Source: Geosiphon pyriformis uo1
Taxonomy: Eukaryota > Fungi > Glomeromycota
Reading direction: 5' to 3'
Length of the DNA stretch: 64,000 bases
NCBI GenBank assembly: GCA_016748015.1
Contig: JAAOMT010000436.1
Coordinates: 1,548,847-1,612,846 of the forward strand
The notes beneath the pieces are model-generated. The model searched no databases and was not told the origin of the DNA. It saw nothing but the letters and a program-made list of their open reading frames with translations. Below are positions 13,619 through 25,980 of the stretch, piece by piece (positions within the stretch are counted from its first letter, which is position 1; every line of letters begins with the position of its first letter). A program made the position numbers and the translations under genes.

Positions 13619-14687
13619 ATGTTAAAATCGCAAACCAAAAATACAATATGTTTTACTCTTTACATATGGTTAAATTTAAGGAAATTGAAAGTAGGTAGGC
13701 TATCACAAATTCCGTTTTCAGAAGAGAAAATTTTTCATCAACTAATTTAATTTTTACTATCAGTTAGCACTTCCCAGGAATAATCTATTATTAATGAATC
13801 GAACACTTAGAAATACAAAAAATCCTTTATTAAGGGATAAAAATATTTCTTGCCCACAATATTCTCAGAAGTGGAGCCTTGAAGAAATTAAAGCCCTATT
13901 TGAGGAGCACGAAGAGTATGGTTCAAAATGGGAAATAATTTCGCAAAAACACTTTCCATTAAGAACAGTAGAGGCTCTTCAGTCTAAATGGCATCGTTTA
14001 ACAGCTAGTCTATTAGAAATTAATAATAATGTGAACCTAAACGCAAAGAAGTGGAAACCAGAAGAAGATAAAGAATTGTACTCAGCTGCTAAAAGCTATA
14101 AAAAAAACAACAAAGTTGATTGGAAAGGTATTTTATCAACTGGCCATTTCCCTGGAAGAAGTAGTGAAGATTTATGTCGACGATATAATAATGTTTTAGC
14201 ACAACCAAAACGCGGCCCATGGACCAAGCAAGAAGATGAAAAACTTTTAGGCTTGGTGCAGAGTCATGGTAAAAAATGGAAAGAGATAAGTCATATCCTT
14301 CAAAGGCCTCTTCGTCAAATCAGCAAACACTATACCGAATACTTAGCGCCTGGAATCAAAAGGGGCCGATGGACTGGGGAAGAATTTAATGAATTGGCTA
14401 AAGCTTTTCAAAATCATGGTGAGAATTGGGAACAAATACAGCTATTAATTCCGGGAAGATCCTTACAGCAGATAAAAGTTCATTGTCGTTACTCACCAAA
14501 AGTTCAAAACTATTATAATAAGGGGAAATGGAACTCAGTAGAGGTAAAAAATTTAAAAGAAGCATTTGGAAAATATGGGAAAAATTGGGTAAAAGTCTCA
14601 GAGGCGGTAGATACAAGAGGTTTAGAACAATGTCGCACCAAGATGCTATCGTTGAGGAAAAGTCTCGTCAATAGGATTTGCATTTAA
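13619..14687 (+). CDS. Five-repeat Myb/SANT protein, copy A (exons 13619-13690 and 13764-14687; ~331 aa)
   Basis: Five repeats of W..EE..L......G..W..I......R....; GTAGGT..ACTAAT..TATCAG intron (73 nt) joins an in-frame 24-codon exon MLKSQTKNTICFTLYIWLNLRKLK. Confidence 0.88.
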
Positions 14688-15748
14688 ACATCACTTTCAA
14701 TTTTTGACACCTTACTTTATTTTATGATCTCTGAATTTAATTTAATCATCCTTAAATTTAAGTTTTTCTTATGTCTTAATTGTTTTTTAGTCTATTTAGA
14801 TTTAAGAACAATTTTGTTCCACGCATAAAAAATTTAGCTTTCTATAATTTAGAATATAATTTAGATAATAAGCTATGAAATATTCAGATTTAAAATAGTT
14901 CACTTAAACAAAACTACTCAAATCTTATTGAGATGAATAATTACATATTCAAAGCTTTTTAAAATTAAGATTTTTCCAAGAGTTTTAAGTAGGAATAGTT
15001 TGATGAATTTCATCAATATCATTGCTTTAGATTTTTGAAAAAGCTTTCATATATATAATATTTTTAGAAATAATTTATAAGGGTTGAATAAAATTATTTA
15101 CTCGTTACTGAAACTGGTTAACTAAACTTAGTTACCAATTTTACACACCTAATTTATAGATAGTAATAGGATATGAAAACATCAAGGTAGAGATAAACGA
15201 TATTAATTTTGAATTTTTTTTGTTTTCGGAAAAATATATACAAACTAAATATTAAATTCTAATTACAAATTTGTATAAAAATTCTAATTTAATAAATAAG
15301 ATAATATCTATTAAAATAGACCATAACACTTAATTTTTGTTATCGTCTTTTTTAAAAAAATTTGTAATTAGAATTAAGAGAGATCTAAAATATTAAGTAT
15401 TTAGAAAAATTATTAAAAGGATGAATTTTACAATCATTTTAATTAAAACTTATACCTCTTTTTAAATAGGTATTTATGGTAGATTAGTTTCGATTATTAT
15501 CAAGTAAAAAATAAATTTTCATTACATGTATTATATTAAATGTATTTTCAATGGCATGTATTAAGTCTGTTCAAATCAGTTGATTTATTAATTTTATTAC
15601 CTGTGAAAACTATCAATCGCACCTAAACAATGGAGTGATAAAAAGATGATCAGCCTCATGGGTGTGTATATAAATAGATATATGTAGTAGAAAAAAAATA
15701 TTATTTCTAATTTTCTTACTTTCCCATGTTATTTATCTCATTAAAATC

Positions 15749-16583
15749 ATGTTAAAATCGCAAACCAAAAATACAATATGTTTTACTCTTTACATATGGT
15801 TAAATTTAAGGAAATTAAAAGTAGGTAGGCTATCAAAAATTCCGTTTTCAGAAGAAAAAATTTTTCATCAACTAATTTATTTTTACTATCAGTCAGCGCT
15901 TCCCAGGAATAATCTATCATTAATGAATCGAACACTTAGAAATACAAAAAATCCTTTATTAAGGGATAAAAATATTTCTTGTCCACAATATTCTCAGAAG
16001 TGGAGCCTTGAAGAAATTAAAGCCCTATTTGAGGAGCACGAAGAGTATGGTTCAAAATGGGAAATAATTTCGCAAAAACACTTTCCATTAAGAACAGTAG
16101 AGGCTCTTCAGTCTAAATGGCATCGTTTAACAGCTAGTCTATTAGAAATTAATAATAATGTGAACCTAAACGCAAAGAAGTGGAAACCAGAAGAAGATAA
16201 AGAATTGTACTCAGCTGCTAAAAGCTATAAAAAAAACAACAAAGTTGATTGGAAAGGTATTTTATCAACTGGCCATTTCCCTGGAAGGAGTAGTGAAGAT
16301 TTATTTCGACGATATAATAATGTTTTAGCACAACCAAAACGCGGCCCATGGACCAAGCAAGAAGATGAAAAACTTTTAGGCTTGGTGCAGAGTCACGGTA
16401 AAAAATGGAAAGAGATAAGTCATATCCTTCACAGGCCTCCTCGTCAAATCAGCAAACGCTATACCGAATACTTAGCGCCTGGAATCAAAAGGGACCGATG
16501 GACAGATGAAGAATTTAATAAGTTAGCTAAAGCTTTTCAAAATCATGGTGAGAATTGGTAACAAATACAGCTATTAATTCCAG
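15749..16583 (+). pseudogene. Myb copy B, recent duplicate of A, truncated in repeat 4
   Basis: Near-identical to A; intron 15821-15892; GAA>TAA at 16559-16561; homology ends ~16583 where the ferritin-region segment begins. Confidence 0.85.
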
Positions 16584-16837
16584 ATAATGTTTAAAAATGT
16601 ATCATTACTAAAAACATTGAAGTTGCGAGTTTAAATTGCTATCTTAGTGATTTAAAAGAATAAACCTCAATTTTGTATAATGCTCCAAATTACTTTCATA
16701 ACAATAATCAAGCCTTTCTTCTAAATTTGGATCTATAAGTTTTTAAAATTATTTTTTAGTGCAATTACTTTTGTTGCAAAAATGAGAATCCAGAAATACA
16801 TTTTTCTCAATATCAAGATATGAAAAAACTTGAATAT

Positions 16838-17530
16838 TTATAATAACTTAACAGCAATAGAGGAGGAAACTAGCCAATAAGAAATCAAATCTAACCAAGT
16901 TTTCAAAATATCCAAAACTTCGAAGACCTTGTTAGAAATTTTTGGCATACCATCCTACTTGCGAAATTCTTTATCCAACTGACACAAGCCAATTCCTTCT
17001 TCCTGAACACGTCTGACTTGGCAAACTATGTTAGCCATATTTTTAACGGAGTGAGTTTCTTTTTCAAAGAAATTATCTTCAACCAAAGTTTGCAACGCCT
17101 AATCATTACATTTGTCAGCACACTCAACAACTTTGTACAAGTCCTATTGTAAAGGAGAATTAATCGAAATTATAAAAATTTCAAATTTATTCACAGATTA
17201 TACCTCAATAATACCTTTTTACAGTTCCAGAGCATTGGTCCGAGTTTCACTTGGGTTGATCCAAGTTTTAAAAGACTCATTTAAAATTGAGGCAAGTAAA
17301 TATAGTCAAAATCTGCTGAGCACTTACTTGGAGAGCTTGACAGTACTGCCCTGTTGAATTTAATACCCCATAAAAGCAGCGGTGTTAGCATAAGGCTAAA
17401 ATACTTAACAAATTGAAATAAGTTTTCAATTTTCTTACTTCTTAAAGCTATATGCAAGCATTTACCATATTAATAAATGCATATCAAATCTATCATGAAT
17501 ATTAATTTCGGCTAGGAGTGAATTTAAATG
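16838..17530 (-). pseudogene. Ferritin-like pseudogene, partial, copy 1
   Basis: Exon remnants FMGY*IQQGSTVKL / TNALEL*KGIIE / DLYKVVECADKCND*ALQTLVEDNFFEKETHSVKNMANIVCQVRRVQEEGIGLCQLDKEF match ferritin helices B-E. GT-AG introns; several stops. Confidence 0.8.
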
Positions 17531-17866
17531 TGATTTTCAGATATTTAATTTAACAAAAAAATTTATTTAGCAATAATAAATCTAATATACCTTAAAGATA
17601 TGCTTAAAAAGGTCTTTTATTTCACCAACAATAAATAATTTAAGCATTTCATAATTCTTCTGTTCATAATCATAACAAAACAAATTGAAAATAAAACATT
17701 AACTTTTTATAATTTGTCAAAAGTTTTAGTATAATAAAACTTCGTATATTAAAAACAATAAAAATAATTTTTTGAAGTATAAAAAAATCTAAATAAAATA
17801 TTGTTTAAATCTTGATCATGCAACTATTTATTTATTAATATATAGTCTTACTTCCTGATGATAATC

Positions 17867-18285
17867 ATGTTGTTAAAATCACACACTAAAAATTAAACAT
17901 GTTTAACTCTTTACCTTTAAGGAAGTTAAATGTAAGCCACTATTAATTGTCTTAAAAACCCTGTTTTAGGAGAAAAGTCTTAAACCATCTTCAAATATTT
18001 GATTCGATTTTAACTAATAGCTGATAATTCCCTGTAATAGTTCACTACTAATAAATCAAATACCAGAAAAAAGAATACCCATTATATCAAGGGATATTAA
18101 ATTTCATGCTCGAAATATCGAAAATGGAGCTTTGAAGAAATAAAAGCCCTGTTTGAGGCATATCAAGAGTATAATTCATCAAGAGTATAATTCATCAAGA
18201 GTATAATTCAAAATGGGAATTAATTTCACGGAAATACCTTCCATCAAGAACATTAAATGCTCGTTGGGAAAAATAGTATCTTATA
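17867..18285 (+). pseudogene. Myb copy P1: leader exon plus repeat 1, disrupted and cut off by a Tc1 remnant
   Basis: KWSFEEIKALFEAYQEY..KWELISRKYLPSRT with stops and frameshifts. The leader and upstream region match copy G in inverted orientation. Confidence 0.8.
18162..18209. repeat. Perfect 16-bp triplication ATCAAGAGTATAATTC inside Myb P1
   Basis: Three exact copies at 18162, 18178 and 18194. Confidence 0.95.
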
Positions 18286-18289
18286 CAGA

Positions 18290-18760
18290 CCAATTTATAT
18301 GAAAAATTTGTGCATATTATTATAAAGTGAACTTTACAACACGATCAACCATTAAAAGTGAACGAAAATTTATAATAGTATGGATGTATTAGCGGATAAG
18401 GTTTGAATAGTTTGTTTCATACCTTCTCATATGACTGGTAAAACATATTGAAGGCTTAGGTATAGTTTACACAATGATTATGACTGCTGAAAAAGCAATA
18501 TTTCAGAAAGACAATGCTCTAATTTACCAGTGCAAGCTTGTAAAAAAACTCCATGATAATTATAAAATTGTGACTTTTGAATGGTCTCCACAAATCACTA
18601 GATATTAATCCCATAGAAAATATGTAGTGGGAAATTAAGAAGTGTATTTACGAACACTATTTCATTAGAGGCAATTCTTTAATTTTTTTGACTTGATAAC
18701 CAAACGTGTTAATGAAGTTATAAAAAGAAAGGATTATGTGAACCATTGGTAGATAGTGAA
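18290..18760 (+). mobile_element. Tc1/mariner transposase DDE remnant
   Basis: IFQKDNA ~18498-18518 and EWSP..DINPIENM*WEIKK ~18579-18643. Confidence 0.75.
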
Positions 18761-18893
18761 AATCTACTTTCATTACATACATCGTGTAAAAATAATCACT
18801 CTCATTTTTTAATTTTGTGTATTTATCAATGATCGGGTCTTTTGGTCACGGAAATAAATAGAGATAGAAAAAATTTTTATGTCCATGTTAATC

Positions 18894-19949
18894 ATGTCAA
18901 AATTACAAACAAAGAATATAATATCTTTCACCCTTTGCATATGGTCAACTTTATGGAAAGTAAGGCACCACAATCTTGCTAACAATGAGGTTTAAGAGAA
19001 AAATATTCCCAATTTTGGCTCAGCTAATTTTATTTTTATTATCCAGCTAACACTTCCCTGGAGCAGCTAATCGTCGATGAATCGAATACTGGGAAATCAC
19101 AAAAATGCTATATCAAACGATAAAAAAATTTCTTGTCAGAAATATCGAAAATGGAGCCTTGAAGAAATCAAAGTCCTGTTTGAGGCACATCAAGAGTATG
19201 GTTCAAAATGGGAATTAATTTCACAAAAATACTTCTCTTTAAGAACGGCTGAAGCTCTTAAGATGAAATGGTATCAGTTAACAGCTAATGGAGAAATTAT
19301 TAATCAGAAACTTAGACTAAATTCAACCAAGTGGACACCTGAAGAGGACAAAGAGCTATACTTAGCTGCTAAAAGATATTTAATTAATAAAAAGGTTAAT
19401 TGGAAAGCTATCGTATTAAACAGGCTTTTTCCTGGAAGAAACAATGGAGATTTACGCATGCGGTATCACAATGTTCTCGCGTACCCAAAACGTGGCCCAT
19501 GGGATAAGGAAGAGGAGGAAAAACTTTTAAGCTTAGTGCAGAGATATGGAAGAAAATGGGGACAAATAAGTCATATTCTTCAAAGACCGTCTAGCGTGAT
19601 TCGCAGACACTATGAAAAACACTTAGCGCCTGGGATCAAAAGGGGCCAATGGACCGAGGAAGAATTTATTAAATTAGCTAAAGCCTTTCAAACTCATGGT
19701 GAGAATTGGGAATTAATACAGCCATTAATTCCAGGAAGACACTTAGATCAGATAAAATACCATTGTCTTCATTCACCAAAAGTTCAAACCTATTATAATA
19801 GTGGAGAATGGAGCTCAGCAGAGATAAAAAGTTTAATTCAAGCATTTAGAAAATATGGGAATAATTGGGTAAAAGTTTCAGAGATGGTAATTACAAGAAA
19901 TCGACAACAATGTCGCATAAAGATACGATCAAGAAAATGCTTTGAATAA
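18894..19949 (+). CDS. Five-repeat Myb protein, copy C; leader interrupted by TAA, intact 290-aa ORF from ATG 19077
   Basis: Exon 1 18894-18959, intron 18960-19046, in-frame TAA 19068-19070. All five repeats are open from 19077. Functional status uncertain. Confidence 0.7.
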
Positions 19950-20526
19950 ATACTAAACCTTTACAATGAGCTTCTATCGAATACTGTTCATATTGTGCGT
20001 GTTTATCTAATCCCATTTTAAGTTTTATAATTTATTGATACTTTACTTTTTTATAAGGCTTTTACGATCTGTGAATTAATCATGCTTGAATTTCACATAT
20101 TAACCTATAAGGTCTTTTTAGCCAGATATTTTAGACCCATAACACAAGTCTATTTACCTTACGTAAAAATTAATAGCATATAAAATCCTTCTCTCAATTT
20201 ATTTTTAAATTTCTTTCTTGAGTCTTTCTATGAGCTCAGCATCTTGCTAATTAATTTTATTATTCGACTTTATAACGTCTTGATATAATTCTTTATTAAA
20301 ATTACTTGAACAATATATTAGACTTGATAAATCTAATTTTAATCTAATTTTTTAAAATTAGTTATGCAAAGTGATTATTTATCAAGTGATCTATAATTTA
20401 GCCAATCATATTCAATTATGTGTTCAGCAAATTAAAATTTACATATAAAATATTCTTTTAGTCTATTAAAAATAACCATTTAAAAGTGTTGATACAGCCA
20501 GTGTGATGATTAATTATAAGTTTTTT

Positions 20527-21293
20527 ATGGCTGAGCCCAGTGCTTAACTCCGTCTCTATAGTATAGATGGTGAAAAGGCTGATAATAATTATATCCAATG
20601 CAAAGTGAATGTAAGCAATTTACTGTCTATAGTAAGATTCATTGGTAAAAATATTTCTCATTGAATTTAATTAACTTATTACTTGCTATTCATGATAGAC
20701 CTGATATGCATTTATTAATATGGCAAATGCTTGCATAAAAGATAATTTAGCTTTAAGAAGTAAGATAATTGAAAATTTATTTCAATTTTTTAAGTATTTT
20801 AGGCTTATGCTAACACAGCTGCTTTTATGGGGTATTAATTCAACAGGGCAGAACTGTCAAGCTCCCCAAGTAAGTGCTCAGCAAATTTTGACTATATTTA
20901 TTTGCTTCAATTTTAAATGAGTCTTTTAAAACTTTAGGAAACTTGGATCAACCTAAGTGAAACCTGGACCCATGCCCTGGAGCTGGAAAAAGGTATTGTT
21001 GAGGTATAATCTGTGAATAAATTTGAAATTTTTAAAATGTCGATTAATTCTCCTTTACAATAGAACTTGTACAAAGTTGTTGAGTGTGCTGACAAATGTA
21101 ATGATTATAGGTTGCAAACTTTAATTGAAGAGAGGGAATTGGCTTGTATCAGTTGGATAAAGAATTTCGCAAGTATGATGGTATGCTAAAAATTTCTAAC
21201 AAGGTTTTCGAAGTTTTAGATATTTTGAAAACTTGGTTAGATTTAATTTCTTATTGGTCAGTTTCCTCCTCTATTGCTGTTAAGTTATTATAA
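20527..21293 (+). pseudogene. Ferritin-like pseudogene, near full length, copy 2
   Basis: MAEPSA*LRLYSIDGEKADNNYIQCKVN / YAFINMANACIKDNLALR / AYANTAAFMGY / ETWINLSETWTHALELEKGIVE / NLYKVVECADKCNDYRLQTLIE..GIGLYQLDKEF, with GT-AG introns, stops and an internal deletion. The block ~20680-21550 is an inverted duplicate of ~16584-17500. Confidence 0.8.
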
Positions 21294-22437
21294 ATAGTCA
21301 AGTCTTTTCATACCATGATACTTGAGAAAAATGTATTTCTGGATTCTCATTTTTGCAACAAAAGTAATTACACTAAAAAATAATTCTAAAAACTTATAGA
21401 TCCAAATTTAGAAGAAAGGCTTAATTATTGTTATGAAAGTAATTTGGAGCATTATACAACATTAAGGTTTATTCTTTTAAATCACTAAAATAGCAATTTA
21501 AACTCGCAACTTCAATGTTTTTGCTAATGATAAATTTTTAAACATTACCTACGGATAATTACGGTTAGATCTAGATATGTCATTTCATCATGTCTAACCT
21601 GTGTTCTATAAATCACCGAGCAAATTTCAAAAAATTCCTATGAGCACTATTAACATCTTTTATTTGTATATGGTTCATGTAAGAAATTTTGACTTAAAAA
21701 AAGTTTAATTTATATATATTTACTTTTTAAACCTAATTACAATTTGAAATATTTAATTTCCAACAAGAAATTTTATTTCTTTGAAGAAAATATTGTGAAT
21801 TTTAAACTTTGGTGATTATTTTTGAAAACAAATAATTATTGATAAAAACTTCATTTTTAGACATTTAATGAAGCTATTGGCATTTTATCTTGTTACCAAT
21901 ATATATAAATCAAAATCATTTTATCAATAATAGAAAACTCGTTTATTAATAAATTTTTTCGAAATTTATATTCGGTAAATTAATAAAAAGTGATTTTATT
22001 CTTTCCCTAATTTCTTAATTAATTACATGATACTATTAGTTATTATTTATTAATAAATTTGATTAAACAGGATTTAGAAAATTATTTCGCTTTAGTCTCA
22101 TATTAATAATTTTAATGACTTAAAACTCTTTAAGTTAGCACCGCTATATAAACATGTTTTATATTTTCTATTTGCCATTTTAAATATAAATAAAAGATAT
22201 TTTGATATCAACTTTTTACAAACTTCCCAATCAATCGAAAATGAAAGAATGAAGTTCAAATAACTAATTAAAACTTATGACTCTTAAGCATATCTTTATA
22301 GTGTATTCCTAAATAAAACAATTTCTCAATATCATCTAATATAACCAAGATCTCCCTTATTATCACACATATAAATAGAGACCAGAAAAATTTTATCCCA
22401 ATTTTCTTATGTCTTATCTTGATCATGTTATAAAATT

Positions 22438-23507
22438 ATGTTGAAAGCGCAAACTAAACACACAATATCCTTCACTCTTTACATATGGTCAAATTTATCG
22501 AGATTAAAAGTAGGCAGGCCCCGAAATATGCTGTTAATATTTCGGTTTATAAAATTTTTTTACCTAATCTTGGATCCCCTAATTTATTTTACTATCAGCT
22601 AGCAATTCCCTCGAGGAGCCCATCGTCAGTGAATCGAATCCTGGGAAATCATAAAAACAATATATCAAGTGATAAAAAAATTTCTTGCCAGGAACATTCA
22701 CAAAAATGGAGCGTTGAAGAAATTAAAACTTTATTAGAGGCATATAGAAAGTATGGTTCACAATGGAAATTAATTTCACAAAAATACTTACTATCAAGAA
22801 CATCACGTGCTATTGAGGCTAAAAGCTATCGCTTAACAGCTAATGGAAAAATTATTAAGCAGAAACTTACCCTAAGTCTTAATAAGTGGACACCTGAAGA
22901 GGACAAAGAGCTCTACTTAGCTGCTAAAAGATATTTAATCAATAACAAGGTTGATTGGAAAGCTATCGTATTAACCGGGCTTTTTCCCGGAAGAAACAAT
23001 AGAGATTTATATAGTCGGTATCACAATGTTTTAGTATACCCAAAACGAGACCCATGGACCGAGCAAGAAGAGGAAAAACTTAAAAGCTTTGTGCAGAGAT
23101 ATGGAAAAAAATGGGCAGAAATAAGTCATATCCTTCAAAGGCCCCCTAATTACATTAAAAAACACTACAATAACCACTTGGTACCTGGAATCAAAAGGAA
23201 CAAATGGACTTACGAAGAATACAATAAATTAGCTAAAGCTTTTCAAACTCATGGTGAAAATTGGGAACAAATACAGTTATTAATTCCAGGAAAATCCCTA
23301 AATCAGATAAAATACCATTGTCGTCACTCACCAAAAGTTCAATCCCATTATAACAGTGGAGAATGGAACCCAGTAGAGACAAAAAGTTTAATTCAAGCAT
23401 TTAGAAAATATGGGCGGAATTGGGTAAAAATATCCAAGGCCGTAAATACGAGAAACTCAAACCAGTGTTGGAAAAAAATGGAATTCATAAAAAGGAGTGA
23501 TGTTTAA
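22438..23507 (+). CDS. Five-repeat Myb protein, copy D (exons 22438-22509 and 22599-23507; ~326 aa)
   Basis: GTAGGC..CCTAAT..TATCAG intron of 89 nt. The downstream ATG equivalent is GTG, so exon 1 supplies the start; five repeats are open. Confidence 0.88.
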
Positions 23508-24699
23508 TATCAAGAGTTTATAGTAGCCTTCTCCAGATTAGTCATCCCTTTTGAGTACTATTAATACTCTACACATTTTCACATTTAAGGATCTGAACTA
23601 CTTTTTTTACAAAATTCTATAGCATGTAAATTTAATCTATTCCTGCTTGCATTCCGTCCTTCTCCATTTAATCGAGTTCGCCATAGAAGTATCGAATTTT
23701 ATGCCGAAAATAAGTTAAATTGTTGAAGTTACGGAATATTAAAAACACAATACCATGAAGTTTTGTGATTTAATTTTGGGGTGTAAAATGTTTTTAATGC
23801 ACATTTTATGCTGTTTTTTAACTAAGAAATAATTATCATTTTTTAAAAATATCACAAAAAACATAATAAAATTTTAACTTATTTGTACTATTTATAGTGT
23901 TAATACAATTTTTGTTAAAATTTGAATTTTGTTTGTCTTTTTTTAATTTACTTGATAACAATATTGCCAATATTTTTTTGGTATATTATTAAATTAATAA
24001 TTTTTTAATGCGTTGACAAACAAATTTTAAAAATTTTTAGAATGAACAATTGTAGATATTCTAAGAACGTAAGCTATTTATTTAAATAAAATTTAAATAA
24101 AATCTTTCTCTTTTTGTTTATATGAGCCATTCCCTTTTAGTTTAACTAACAATTAATGTTTTTCTTGTAATAAAAAGGTACAATATATATTAATATGCTT
24201 TAATTTAAAATAAATAAATCCCCCAGATTTTTTTAAGATTAATATTGCAAAAAAATTTTGAATATTGGATTGATTTGATAAAATGTCAAACTTCAAATAT
24301 TCAAATTTGATATAACAAAATTTGAATATTTACAATAAATAAACACCGAGGTAAATACCATTTGAAATTTGAATTTTTTTTTACAAAAAATGAAAATATC
24401 ACTATTTACATTTTTAATTTCAAAATTACTTTAATATGACTATTAATATATATATTTATAATTACATTCTTAAAAAATAGCAAAAAACAATAAAAAAATT
24501 AATCTATATCTTATTAGTAGTCTTAAATTTAAAAATCTAATTAATTTTGGAAAAAATTTATTTATATATTTTTCATCAAGTTTTATGAGTCACTAGTATT
24601 TTTTAGCTTAAGATAAAAGTTCTAGAAATAAATTAGTTAATTTAAAAACAGTTTTATTTTTTAATGATTCAATATATTCGATTTTTAATATATATGTGA

Positions 24700-25980
24700 C
24701 TTTTTTACTTTTATTTATGTCTTTCTTCATACAACAATTACAGATTGGCTTTATTAAATTTGGTTTTTTATATAACAAATGATCTAATAAAAATTGACTA
24801 TTTTGACTATAGAAACACCACATTTAAAAGTTTTATAACATAATTTTATTATTTTAATGAAGTTACTCTGAAAATACTTTAAAAATATAATTTGTATTTA
24901 ACACATATTAAGCAGTAATATATAGTAAAAAACAGTTGTTATTATAAAAATGTATTGTAATTTCTATTTGAGCAAAAAAGTTTCAATTTGGAATTTACAT
25001 TACTATAACTGAAGCCACAGAAACTAATAAGATGTAGCTTGTTCAAATATTTATTAAGATATTAAAACTATTAATAGAACTATTTAAAAAGAACAATACT
25101 TTAGTAAAAAACATTTTTTAATTGTTTAATAACTTATTACAGATTTCATATGTACTTAAAAGTTTTCAAATAAAAATTGATTACTATAAATATTGTCATA
25201 GCTTGTGGTATTTTTGAGATTTAAATATTTATTTGTAAAGATATGTATTCATTAGCCAAATGATATATTTGTAAGAAAACACATATTAAAAGATATAAAT
25301 AATAGTTATCATATTTATTAAAAAATAAGATAGCTATTATAATTTATTTAATATGATTAAAGTAAGCCAAATTAAGGTTACTGCATAACTATAAAAAGTC
25401 AAATGTGTTATTTTAAAAAAATGTTAATTTCAAGCTATTGAACATTAGAATTAATACATTTAAATTACTTGAACTTTTATCAACATTTTAAAATTATCAT
25501 CAAAAAAATTTGCAAGAAATATATGAAAAAATATTAGTGAATAAATAAATAAATAATAAGATATAAACTTGATATATTAAAATAGAATATAAAATAGCAA
25601 AGTAAATACTTTCTGTTCTAATATATTCACTGGAAATAAATAGATTTAAAAAGCTTTTAAGTTAATTTAGTCTTAAAAATCCTTATTAAGCTTTTTTCAG
25701 AACCAATTAATATGACCATAATTGGTTTTTTTTAGTATTAAATAAAAGATAACCAAAAGTCAATACATTGTAAATTTAGTCTGCTAAAAAAAAACAAAAA
25801 AGATTTTGCATGTTTGATTGTATTTTGGAAGGCATAAAAAAAGTGCAAGACAGAAAATAAAAGTAAGAAGTAAGTTAAAAATAATTCATTAAGCATGGTG
25901 CACAAACAGTTGTTTTTGTTTGCCAGACCTGTAATTTTATATGTTTACTTTGTCTGGTTTTGTGCAACATGTCCAATATA
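24700..25980 (+). mobile_element. Possible highly decayed piggyBac-like DDE transposase
   Basis: Weak, correctly ordered remnants: YFNEV (iDE), FNNL (fDN), IACGI, YYNLFNMIKVSQ (YN..M.GVD..DQ), KLLNIRINT and a Cys-rich tail VCQTCNFICLLC. No TIR or TTAA ends confirmed. Confidence 0.35.

Noticed and set aside
14398-14616. Recurrent antisense ORFs over Myb and lipase genes (also 30407, 41187, 41635, 43237, 46680, 47997, 61274, 63200, 63432)
   Set aside because: Shadows of the coding strand; they recur only because the sense genes are paralogous.
13794-14687. Naming the Myb genes as BAS1, CDC5/CEF1, SNAPC4 or REB1 orthologues
   Set aside because: They lack the extra domains and conserved recognition residues, and are multicopy and fast-evolving; no symbol is justified.
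17112-17357. 81-aa ORF and the 66-aa ORF at 20720-20920 as small genes
   Set aside because: Antisense to, or intron read-through of, the ferritin pseudogenes.
18162-18209. Short direct repeats (also 5598-5715 and 47807-47932) as a possible CRISPR-like array
   Set aside because: No unique spacers, no cas genes, eukaryotic context; simple tandem duplications.
22485-22598. ORF-track N-terminus MVKFIEIK.. of copy D, and the read-through leader of copy B
   Set aside because: These run through the conserved intron; the frame is not conserved among paralogues.
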